20,812 bases of DNA, taken from positions 1-20,812 of the forward strand of contig NZ_JAYKGW010000202.1 in the NCBI RefSeq assembly GCF_035285525.1, written 5' to 3'. Source of the stretch: Okeania sp. (lineage in GTDB: Bacteria; Cyanobacteriota; Cyanobacteriia; Cyanobacteriales; Microcoleaceae). Positions 7,340 to 14,831 of this stretch are shown here, in pieces. The position numbers and the translations under genes were made by a program. Under the pieces are notes generated by a model that did no database searches, was not told where the DNA came from, and saw only the letters and a list, made by a program, of their open reading frames with translations. Within the stretch, counting starts at the first letter, position 1; each line of letters opens with the position of its first letter.

Positions 7340-7933
7340 ATGGGACTTTTTGATGAAATGGCTGGAGCTATTCATGACCCTAACCAGGAAGGTAGTACAA
7401 ATGAATTGAGTAATATACTGAGTAGCGTTAAGCAACTAAGCGATGATAGTGGATTAGACCTTAGTAAAACTGAAGTTGCTATGTCAGTTGTAGGGGGTCA
7501 TTTGCGTTCAGCTTTACAAAAAAAACAGCTAGAAAATGGCACAGATTCCGTTGTAGGAGTTGTCAATCAATTTGCAGGTACAGTTTCTGATTCTAAAGCT
7601 GTAGAATCACTATTTTCTCACGCTCAAATAACTGATATTGCTCAAAAGATTTCTGAAAAAACAGGTCTTAATACTTCACAATCTGAAAGTTTATTACCTA
7701 CTTTAGTACCAGTTATTCTCAAAGTATTAAAAACTGGTGCTGGTACTCAAAATAATAACCAAATAAGTAATCGTTTATTAACTATCTTTTTAGATGTTGA
7801 TGGAGATGGAGATGTTGATTTTGTAGATATGATAAAAATCTCCAAAAATGATATAAAAAACCCTTTCAAAAAATGGCTGTTTAATATTGGGAGAAAGCTA
7901 ATGCCGATAATAAGTCGTTTTTCTGGTCGTTAA
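7340..7933 (+). CDS. DUF937-family protein (paralogue 2, with a divergent basic C-terminal tail)
   Basis: ATG 7340 gives MGLFDEMAGAI. It is colinear with paralogue 1 at roughly half identical residues by eye, through DVDGDGDVDFVD, then has a unique tail KNDIKNPFKKWLFNIGRKLMPIISRFSGR. Confidence 0.6.
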   Translation: MGLFDEMAGAIHDPNQEGSTNELSNILSSVKQLSDDSGLDLSKTEVAMSVVGGHLRSALQKKQLENGTDSVVGVVNQFAGTVSDSKAVESLFSHAQITDIAQKISEKTGLNTSQSESLLPTLVPVILKVLKTGAGTQNNNQISNRLLTIFLDVDGDGDVDFVDMIKISKNDIKNPFKKWLFNIGRKLMPIISRFSGR

Positions 7934-7942
7934 AGAAAAGTT

Positions 7943-8126
7943 GTAAGCATTCAGCTATTTGCCTCAGCTATCAGCAATAAAAAACTCGGTTTGAAGGAGG
8001 ATATTTAAACGAATATAGAAAGTGAAAACGGAATTTTTTAGTCAGAAAAATTTCTGATTTATCGGGAACCGTATCATAAATCTTTTTTCTCAAAATAAAA
8101 TCAATAGCTGAGTGCTGAATGTTTAC
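7943..8126. mobile_element. MITE of the GTAAGCATTCAGCT-TIR family
   Basis: Left end is GTAAGCATTCAGCTATTTGCCTCAGCTATCAGC and right end is ATAGCTGAGTGCTGAATGTTTAC. (A)AAGTT occurs on both flanks. The interior carries TCTGATTTATCGGGAACCGT, which is related to cores of the other families. Confidence 0.65.
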
Positions 8127-8245
8127 GATAAAGTTTTTAGGTGTTACTACAGATTTCAGGCAAATGACTTACAGGGTAATGGTGAAAATTGTAGTGGGGA
8201 AATCTTGCCGACGATAGATGTACGTCACGGGCAAGGGAAAGGGCT

Positions 8246-8380
8246 ATATATATAGCAATCCTAAATTAGTTGTGACTGTTTTTATAATAGTTAATCTCGG
8301 CTAAAAATTTTGAAAATTATAACTCTTGATTCCTAAATATAGCTAAAATATTACAACTTAAATAGGATTGTTATATAAAT
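8246..8380. repeat. Inverted-repeat-bounded element (TATATAGCAATCCTAAAT ... AAATAGGATTGTTATATA), family G
   Basis: The arms, at about 8246-8266 and 8358-8380, match 15 of 18 positions. A related element is at 15965-16098 and a lone arm near 19118-19140. The right arm overlaps the last codons of gntK. Confidence 0.45.
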
Positions 8381-8852
8381 TTTTCCTAATAGAATAGACA
8401 ATCTCTTCTGGAGATTTTTCAGCATCTATTATTATTGCTTGTTTTGGTTCTTCCAGAATATCAAATTGACTCTGAAGCATCTCAAATTTCATAAAGTGAT
8501 TTTTTCTTTCTTGGAGTCGTTGAGCACATAAATTAAAAGAACCTTTTAAATATACTATTTTAACATTTTTTGTATTGGTTAAAAGGTAATGACGATAAGT
8601 TTGTTTAAGAGCGGAACAAGCTAATACAACATTTTTATTATTTTCTAACCATTCATCAATTGCATTTCGCATTTTTTCTAACCAAGGAATTCGATCAATA
8701 TCATTTAAAGGAATTTGATTACTCATTTTTTCGATATTAGTTTCGGGATGAAAAGAGTCTCCATCAAAAAAATCCCAATCTAAAGATTTTGCTAGTAATT
8801 TTCCTACAGTAGATTTACCAGCACCAGAAACTCCCATTATAATTATAATCAT
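8358..8852 (-). CDS. gntK: Gluconokinase (gluconate kinase)
   Basis: The track ORF starts at GTG 8870; ATG 8852 gives MIIIIMGVSGAGKSTVGKLLA (P-loop). This is followed by FFDGDSFHPETNIEKMSNQIPLNDIDRIPWL, typical of GntK-type kinases. Confidence 0.85.
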   Translation of the reverse strand: MIIIIMGVSGAGKSTVGKLLAKSLDWDFFDGDSFHPETNIEKMSNQIPLNDIDRIPWLEKMRNAIDEWLENNKNVVLACSALKQTYRHYLLTNTKNVKIVYLKGSFNLCAQRLQERKNHFMKFEMLQSQFDILEEPKQAIIIDAEKSPEEIVYSIRKNLYNNPI

Positions 8853-8922
8853 TAAGAAAATAGGGAACACTTAACAGGGAAAAGGGAACAGGAAATGGGC
8901 AATAGTAAAAAAAATAAAACAC

Positions 8923-9020
8923 AAGCATTTAGTCTTCAGCTAGCCTCTTTTTCTTTCCTATGGAATACTTTGCAAACAGAGGAATTTCGCTGATGGCTAA
9001 TACCTGAAGACTGATGATGA
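8923..9020. mobile_element. Degenerate MITE related to the AAGCATT-TIR family
   Basis: AAGCATTTAGTCTTCAGCTAGCC ... GGCTAATACCTGAAGACTGATGATGA, with the inverted repeat AGTCTTCAG / CTGAAGACT. The right boundary is unclear. Confidence 0.4.
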
Positions 9021-9153
9021 AATAGTATTAATATAGTAGGAAATACCAAGGATATAGTATACTAAATGAAGCGCTTTTTTGACTTTTTTAAAAAACCTGA
9101 ATATAGATTTACATTTTAAGATAAAAACGCTATTTTAAATTAAATGTGTAATA

Positions 9154-9244
9154 GTTCAGCCGTCAGTTATTGAGCTAGAATTAAATCTTACTATAGAAGC
9201 CTAGTTTTATTACCAATAGTTGATAGCTGGTAGCTGAATGCTTT
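9154..9244. mobile_element. Short MITE-like element of the ...AGCTGAATGCTT family
   Basis: GTTCAGCCGTCAGTTAT ... TGATAGCTGGTAGCTGAATGCTT. Compare the right end of 6399-6615 (CTGATAGTTGACGGCTGAATGG). Confidence 0.45.
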
Positions 9245-9279
9245 TAAATATTAATTCTCAAAATTTATAAAGTATTAAA

Positions 9280-9753
9280 ATGGCAATTGAAATAGAACGC
9301 AAATTTTTAGTTAAAGGCAATGGATGGCGAAATCAAGCTGTTGGACAAGTTTATCGTCAAGGTTATATGTCTACAAAAGATGGTATAACATTAAGGGCAA
9401 GAGTAGCAGGAAGTAAAGGATATTTAACTATTAAGGGACCTAGTGTTGGTAATTCTAGAGCAGAATATGAGTATGAAATTCCCCTTGCAGATGCTGAAGA
9501 AATGTTAAATACTTTATGTGGTTCTCGTTTAATTGAAAAGATTAGATATAGAATTTATCATGGTGAATTTCTCTGGGAAGTTGATGAATTTGCTGGAGAT
9601 AATCTAGGTTTAATTATGGCTGAAGTTGAACTAAGTTACGAAAATCAAACAGTTGAATTACCTGAATGGATAGGAGAAGAAGTTTCTCAAGATAAGAGAT
9701 ATACTAATTCTAATTTATCGAAAAATCCCTGGAAAAATTGGTCTTCAATTTAG
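9280..9753 (+). CDS. CYTH-domain protein (triphosphate tunnel metalloenzyme; class IV adenylate cyclase/triphosphatase fold)
   Basis: 157 aa. N-terminal EIERKFLV (the ExExK signature), then LTIKG, WEVDEF and IMAEVEL strands typical of CYTH. Confidence 0.8.
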   Translation: MAIEIERKFLVKGNGWRNQAVGQVYRQGYMSTKDGITLRARVAGSKGYLTIKGPSVGNSRAEYEYEIPLADAEEMLNTLCGSRLIEKIRYRIYHGEFLWEVDEFAGDNLGLIMAEVELSYENQTVELPEWIGEEVSQDKRYTNSNLSKNPWKNWSSI

Positions 9754-9973
9754 GATAAAATAATAGAAAGAAGCTATTAACTAATAAGGTAATTTTTTTA
9801 GTGTTGACTGTGCTATTTTTAGCGATCGCTCTAGTATCTATCTAAAATTAATTTTGAAGGAAATTCCAACGTTTTAGTTTTGATATTTGAGAAGAATTAC
9901 TTGCTAGGGATTTTTTAGTAAATACTATTAATTCCTCTGAAATTTATCATAAAAGTAGTCATTTATTAGTTAT

Positions 9974-10997
9974 TTATACAGAAAAAGCATAACCAATTCC
10001 AACATTGGCAGACCTTTTAAGCTCATAAGTCATTATTAACATTTGATTTTTACTTTCTATAAAACCTTCAGCAGGGTCAAAATTATCTAAAAATATTCTG
10101 GCTTTACTATTAGACAACATTTCAATATTCTGCTTTAGAATAGAGCGAAAATATTAAAACTATTTGAGTTAAACCAGTTGCTTTTCTAGTAAAAATAACA
10201 ATAATATCATGTCCGGATAATTAGTGATAAAAAAAACTTTCTCCTGGGAGGGTTAGGGATGGGTTTACTACCCTGATTATTTATAACTATTCAACCGGAA
10301 ATAATATAACTTTTCCTGTCTTTGGCTCGATTAATAGACCTCCTGAATTACTATAGTTTACACTTGCATCAACTTGAATAACATCCATATTTTTCTCTTT
10401 ATAAAAAGACGATATTATTTGAGAATTACAGACACAGACAAGGTTAAGATGTTAAAGTGGATATCCAATAAAAAATATATCACCCCCTATTCGCTTTTCT
10501 AAATATGAATAATTAGATGGCTCAAAGTTTTCAATAATGGATAATTGATAATTACCTCTCCCTAAAAGGAAGAGGATTGAATAAAAGGAAAAAATTTATT
10601 TTTTTTCCTTGAAAGAGGAGGCTTCAAGGTGCGAATTATTTAATTATTTAATTATTTAATTATTAATTATTCGGTAAAGTTTTTGTGCAGATAATTGTGG
10701 TATCTCTAGCACTATATAATCAAAACTTTTTTCGTCAGAAGCTGTTTTTGTTCTTTTTAAAAAATCATCATTATTAATGGAGATAGCACTAGCACTAAAT
10801 GTACCAGGAAAACTATTATCTATTGTTCTAATAATAACTGATGAATTTCAGGGAGGAGAATAAGCAACATGATAATTTGTAACTAATAATCCTGCAACCA
10901 TAAATCCAGTTTCTGAAGAGACTCTCTCTCCATTAACTGTATTAATAATGTGAACAAAACCTGATTTTACTTCTTCTAAAATATATACCACAGACAT
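9974..10997 (-). pseudogene. Decayed trypsin-like (S1/chymotrypsin-fold) serine protease gene, broken by stops and a MITE insertion
   Basis: Hand translation of the minus strand gives three fragments. Fragment 1: ATG 10997 MSVVYILEEVKSGFVHIINTVNGERVSSETGFMVAGLLVTNYHVAYSPP, then TGA (10848-10850), then the same frame continues NSSVIIRTIDN...DEKSFDYIVLEIPQLSAQKLY (His and Asp motifs) until it runs into the MITE at 10674. Fragment 2 (about 10300-10520): GDIFFIGYPL, TAA (10452-10454), ...MDVIQVDASVNYSNSGGLLIEPKTGKVI (Ser motif). Fragment 3 (9974-10120): ...NVGIGYAFSV then stop. Confidence 0.6.
10555..10674. mobile_element. MITE family C copy (inverted relative to 3701-3813) inserted in the protease pseudogene
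   Basis: The reverse complement is nearly identical to 3701-3813, including the AATTATTTAATTATTTAATTATT repeat tail. Confidence 0.7.
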
Positions 10998-11081
10998 AAT
11001 TAACCTTACCTTAATGAATCAAAAATTAACTAGAAGTATTGTCTATCATAAAAAATTTTCATCAATAATCATATAGAATAA

Positions 11082-11318
11082 TTAGGGGTTACTGATTAAA
11101 TATAAAAGTCTTTATATACTAATACTTATAGCATTTTTTTTAATACCGATTTCTCGGAAACCGTAAAAGTGCAACTTTTACAAATATAACTACCAAAAAA
11201 TTAGGATTTTAGGGATATCATAGGGTAGAAAAATCAAGGAACAATTATTCTTCCTGTTATCTCTTTCTTCCTAAACTTCCGACCTTTCCCACACTCTGCT
11301 TTTTTCAGCAAACCCTAA
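11082..11318. mobile_element. MITE of the TTAGG...CCTAA superfamily
   Basis: Left end is TTAGGGGTTACTGATTAAATATAAAAGT, core is TTCTCGGAAACCGTAAAAGTGCAACTTTT (as at 14490-14520), and right end is TTTTTCAGCAAACCCTAA. Confidence 0.65.
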
Positions 11319-11456
11319 TTAGGAGTCAGAATTAATAAAGGCTGTATCTACTGAATTTTCCACTAATCAAATATCATTAAACATAAGATTTAGTAGAAAT
11401 TTTCAAGCAATTTATTCAACTTCATCCTACAGATAAAGTTTAATTCTGACTCCTAA
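11319..11456. mobile_element. 138-bp MITE with perfect 17-bp TIRs TTAGGAGTCAGAATTAA
   Basis: TIRs lie at 11319-11335 and 11440-11456. It abuts the preceding MITE head-to-tail at a CCTAA|TTAGG junction. Confidence 0.7.
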
Positions 11457-11484
11457 ATTTTTTCTTGATCAACTGCGAGTAAAA

Positions 11485-12804
11485 CTACATAAATTCTCGT
11501 GGATCAGTCACATATCCAGTCAGTGCTGAAGCTGCTGCTGTATAGGGAGAAGCTAAATAAACTTCTGCTTGTTTATTCCCCATTCGACCAGGAAAATTAC
11601 GGTTAGTTGTAGACACACAAACTTCTGGTTCATTTAATCGCCCAAATGTATCTTTTGGTCCCCCTAAACAAGCAGCACAAGATGGGGCAGCAGGTTCAAT
11701 ACAACCAGCATCTAAAAATATTTCTGAGAGAGTTTTGCCATCATATTTGACAGTAAATAAATCCTCATAAACTTTCTGAGTTGCTGGTACTAAATAGGTA
11801 GGAACTTTAACTTGATGACCTTTAATAAGGTGAGCTGCATGAAGAAAATCAGAAGTTTTTCCACCTGTACAAGAACCTATATAAACTCGGTCAATTTTAA
11901 CATCTTGACAGTTACGAGCGAGTTCTTTATTATCTGGAGAATGAGGTTTAGCTACCACAGGTTCTAATGTTGTCACATCGTAAGAATGACTACTATAAAA
12001 AATAGCATTTTCATCAGTATAAAAAGACTCAAATGATTTATCGGTTCGACCCCGCAAATATTCATAAGTAGTCTCATCGGGAGCAATAACTCCATTTTTA
12101 CCCCCCGCTTCAATAACCATATTGCAGAGAGTCATCCTTTCTTCCATTGTCATTCGTCCGACAGTTTCGCCAGCAAATTCCATTGTTCTATAGGTAGCAC
12201 CTGATACAGAAATATCTCCAATAATCTGTAATATTAAATCTTTTGCCAATAAATAATTTGGCATTTCCCCATTTAAGACAAACCGCATAGTTGCTGGTAC
12301 TTTAACCAATAATTTGCCTGTGCCAAAAATAAAGGCAGCATCAGTATTACCGATACCTGTGGCAAATTGTCCAAAAGCTCCAGCATTACAAGTGTGGGAA
12401 TCCGTACCAAAAAGGACTTCTCCTGGACGAGTATGACCTTCTTGAGCGAGAGCAACGTGGCAAACTCCCTTGTAGTCTGGATTTGCTTTAAAATCTGAGC
12501 GGTCGGTAATATCGTAGAAGTATTTAATATTTTGTTCTTGAGCAAAATCTCGCAAAATATCCACGTTGCGGTTAGCTCGTCGGTCAGCAGTGAAGATATA
12601 GTGGTCTGGGATAAGGACGATTTTTTCTTTGTCCCAAACTTGAGCATCTTGGCCAAATTCTCGTTTGAAGATGCCGATTGTTCCTGGACCACAAACATCG
12701 TGGGTCATTAAGACATCAACATCGATCCAAATATTTTCCCCTGGGGTAACAGTAGGTTTTCCAGATGCTTTGGCCAGGATTTTTTCAACCATGGTCATTG
12801 CCAT
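11485..12804 (-). CDS. Aconitase-family dehydratase large subunit, archaeal-type LeuC/HacA-like (3-isopropylmalate / homoaconitate dehydratase family)
   Basis: 439 aa. N-terminal MTMVEKILAKASGK...VDVLMTHDVCGP, then GTDSHTCNAGAFGQFATGIG, IGSCTGG, CAACLGG and NRNFPGRMG, which include the Fe-S cluster cysteines. AGGAG lies 13 nt upstream of the ATG. The substrate cannot be assigned from sequence alone. Confidence 0.85.
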   Translation of the reverse strand: MAMTMVEKILAKASGKPTVTPGENIWIDVDVLMTHDVCGPGTIGIFKREFGQDAQVWDKEKIVLIPDHYIFTADRRANRNVDILRDFAQEQNIKYFYDITDRSDFKANPDYKGVCHVALAQEGHTRPGEVLFGTDSHTCNAGAFGQFATGIGNTDAAFIFGTGKLLVKVPATMRFVLNGEMPNYLLAKDLILQIIGDISVSGATYRTMEFAGETVGRMTMEERMTLCNMVIEAGGKNGVIAPDETTYEYLRGRTDKSFESFYTDENAIFYSSHSYDVTTLEPVVAKPHSPDNKELARNCQDVKIDRVYIGSCTGGKTSDFLHAAHLIKGHQVKVPTYLVPATQKVYEDLFTVKYDGKTLSEIFLDAGCIEPAAPSCAACLGGPKDTFGRLNEPEVCVSTTNRNFPGRMGNKQAEVYLASPYTAAASALTGYVTDPREFM

Positions 12805-13039
12805 AAGCGATCGCTCCTATGCGTGATAATTTGATAGGTTATGGATGTATTTTAGACAACTTATAGTCAAAGGAAGAAAAAATCAGGAAAAAGTTAAGTA
12901 TTAATATTGTTTTATTTTGGCAGTTTTGAAAGCTTAGTTTGATAACTAAGAACTGATAACTGAAATGGCGATCGCTTATTCATAAAAAAAATATTAACAA
13001 GTAGTTATAGCAATCTTAAATAATTTGTGAAATAAAACT

Positions 13040-13065
13040 GTAGGGGTTTGGTCTCCCAACCCTAG
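13040..13065. repeat. Dispersed copy of the REP-like hairpin from the RAYT locus
   Basis: GTAGGGGTTTGGTCTCCCAACCCTAG has the same GTAGGGGTTTGGTCTCC core as 1445-1470. Confidence 0.7.
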
Positions 13066-13068
13066 TCA

Positions 13069-13212
13069 AAATGGGATTGGGAAACTAAAGCCCTATTATC
13101 AAATATCAAAATAAAATCTATTTAAGAATATTAGATAACTAAATGGGGTTGGGAAAATAAACCCCTACTATAAAATGTCACAATAAAATCTATTTAAGAA
13201 TATTAGAGAACA
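13069..13212. repeat. 2 x 72-bp tandem repeat, each unit a degenerate REP-like hairpin plus an AT-rich linker
   Basis: Unit 1 is AAATGGGATTGGGAAACTAAAGCCCTAT...AATAAAATCTATTTAAGAATATTAGATAAC. Unit 2 is AAATGGGGTTGGGAAAATAAACCCCTAC...AATAAAATCTATTTAAGAATATTAGAGAAC. Confidence 0.8.
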
Positions 13213-13300
13213 ACTAATATGATGATTTTCAAACAATATTAGGATTCAATTCTAAATTCTTAATTCTTAAATTCTAAATTATTACATTAGGAATATAAAT

Positions 13301-13744
13301 ATGGAATTTGAAACATTAGCTCAAGCAGAATGTTATCAAAAAATTGATGGTTGGATGGCAGAATTATTTAGTGATTATCCTTGGGAAAAACTTGATGAAC
13401 CAGGGTTTAGTATATTTTTAGGTTCTGCTTGGGTAGAAGTAAGAATTTATCCTTGGGGTGAGGATAGTATTATTAATACTTGTTCTACTGTAGTTATTGG
13501 AGCTGAATTAAAGTCTGATTTACTGGAATTTTTATTACGAGAAAATAGTAATATGCAGTTTGGTGCTTTCTCTTTAGATACTGATGGAAATATCTTATTT
13601 CAACACAGTATAATTGGTTCTACTTGTGACCCAAATGAGTTGGAAGAATCTGCTTTAGCAGTTTTGGAAGTTGCTGATGATTATGACGATAAAACTGTTG
13701 AACGTTGGGGCGGTAAACGTGGGTTAGATATTCCACCTCAATAA
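13301..13744 (+). CDS. YbjN-like / type III secretion chaperone-like family protein (putative)
   Basis: 147 aa and acidic. The pattern ...VEVRIYPWGE...VVIGAEL...LLEFLLRENSNMQFGAFSLDTDGNILFQHSIIG...ELEESALAVLEVADDYDDK resembles YbjN-domain proteins. This is a motif-level call only. Confidence 0.5.
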   Translation: MEFETLAQAECYQKIDGWMAELFSDYPWEKLDEPGFSIFLGSAWVEVRIYPWGEDSIINTCSTVVIGAELKSDLLEFLLRENSNMQFGAFSLDTDGNILFQHSIIGSTCDPNELEESALAVLEVADDYDDKTVERWGGKRGLDIPPQ

Positions 13745-13921
13745 TGAAAGAAGAAGCAAGAAGGAAGAGAGAAGTTTAGGAAATCTCTATAAATTATTTC
13801 TTAATTTTAACCCTCCGACTTTAGTCGGAGGTTAACTGATAACTCAAATGACTTCTGACCTCCTACTCTCTACTCCCCAAAATTTGTGATATATGCAAAA
13901 TGAATATTGTTTGCTTACAAG

Positions 13922-13963
13922 TGATAATTGATAACTGATAATTGATAACTGATAACTGAAAAG
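13922..13963. repeat. STRR-like heptamer array (TGATAAY)n
   Basis: TGATAAT TGATAAC TGATAAT TGATAAC TGATAAC TGAAAAG, ending at the base before the nuiA ATG. Confidence 0.9.
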
Positions 13964-14374
13964 ATGACTCCAGCTAATTTAGAAATTTTTAAAAGATTAG
14001 ATAAAGCAACAAAAGGTTTAGAATGGATGAGTGAATCTGACTATCCCTTTGAAGCTTTTATTTGGGAATTTGGTGAAAAGATTTTACTGGATAATGAAGC
14101 AGTCTTGAAAATTACTAAACATCCTTTAGATACTCCAATTAAGGTTATAGAATTTGAGAGATTTTTTCAAGGAGTAATTACTTATGAAAATTGGGATGAT
14201 GCAGAAGATATTGATATAGTCAAAAGATATCAAGAACTTGTCAGGATAATGAAAGAATATTTAAGTAATTTGAAAGTTTATAAAGTAGGTGAAATTGAAA
14301 TTCATGTTTATATAGTTGGTAAGACTAATACAGGAGATTATGCGGGTTTAGCTACAATTTCTATTGAGACCTAA
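13964..14374 (+). CDS. nuiA: Nuclease A inhibitor (NuiA family)
   Basis: 136 aa. ...LEWMSESDYPFEAFIWE...KVYKVGEIEIHVYIVGKT..GDYAGLATISIET resembles Anabaena NuiA (about 135 aa). It is convergent with a NucA-type nuclease gene 457 nt away. Confidence 0.8.
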   Translation: MTPANLEIFKRLDKATKGLEWMSESDYPFEAFIWEFGEKILLDNEAVLKITKHPLDTPIKVIEFERFFQGVITYENWDDAEDIDIVKRYQELVRIMKEYLSNLKVYKVGEIEIHVYIVGKTNTGDYAGLATISIET

Positions 14375-14423
14375 AATAATGGATAATTAAGAATGGATAA
14401 TTGATAATAAAAACTATCTTTAA

Positions 14424-14615
14424 TTAGGGCTTGTTGATTAAATATAATAACTTTTACCAATAAAGATTTTACCCTGTTTAGGTTCTGATTTCTTGGAAAC
14501 CGTAAAAGTGCAACTTTTTAGATAGATATGATTTAAAAAGTTAGCATATTGGGTAATACTTTGGTCAAAAAATTACTCCCCATCTCCTTAAAAATACTTT
14601 TTCAGTAAATCCTAA
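14424..14615. mobile_element. MITE of the TTAGG...CCTAA superfamily (same subfamily as 5948-6219, opposite orientation, unexpanded octamer)
   Basis: TTAGGGCTTGTTGATTAAATATAA ... GGTTCTGATTTCTTGGAAACCGTAAAAGTGCAAC ... AATTACTCCCCATCTCCTTAAAAATACTTTTTCAGTAAATCCTAA. Confidence 0.7.
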
Positions 14616-14817
14616 TTAGGGCTTCCTGAAAAAGTTTCTTGCTGAAGGTAGGCAATGGTTGTAGGTGTTAATTTTTCTACATTATTTCTCCTAGTTTGAT
14701 GAGGAAAAATCTAGATTTTTAAAGATTAGTCTAGTAATTTTTTGGCACTTTTTGTTACCAGAAAAAGCGTTAAACTTTTATATGTCAAAGCTTTGATATT
14801 TAATCAGCAAACCCTAA
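14616..14817. mobile_element. MITE of the TTAGG...CCTAA superfamily (same subfamily as 16683-16957, opposite orientation)
   Basis: TTAGGGCTTCCTGAAAAAGT ... TATTTAATCAGCAAACCCTAA. It abuts the previous MITE at CCTAA|TTAGG. Confidence 0.7.
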
Positions 14818-14831
14818 TTATCCATTATTAA

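Noticed and set aside
296-9753. A sugar-catabolic operon or island (pfkA, fructokinase, gluconokinase)
   Set aside because: The three kinase genes lie on different strands. They are separated by unrelated genes (RAYT, cobK, LuxR-type, DUF937) and by long repeat-filled spacers. The clustering may be coincidental and no co-transcription is plausible.
10205-10295. A further small insertion inside the protease pseudogene (TCCGGATAATTAG…GGGTTAGGGATGGGTTTACTACCC…CAACCGGAAAT)
   Set aside because: It has only short, imperfect flanking similarity (TCCGGA / ACCGGA), and I saw no second copy in the window. I cannot distinguish an insertion from ordinary decay.
12273-12698. 141-aa ORF overlapping the LeuC-like gene on the same strand
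   Set aside because: It is an out-of-frame shadow ORF inside a strongly supported aconitase-family CDS.
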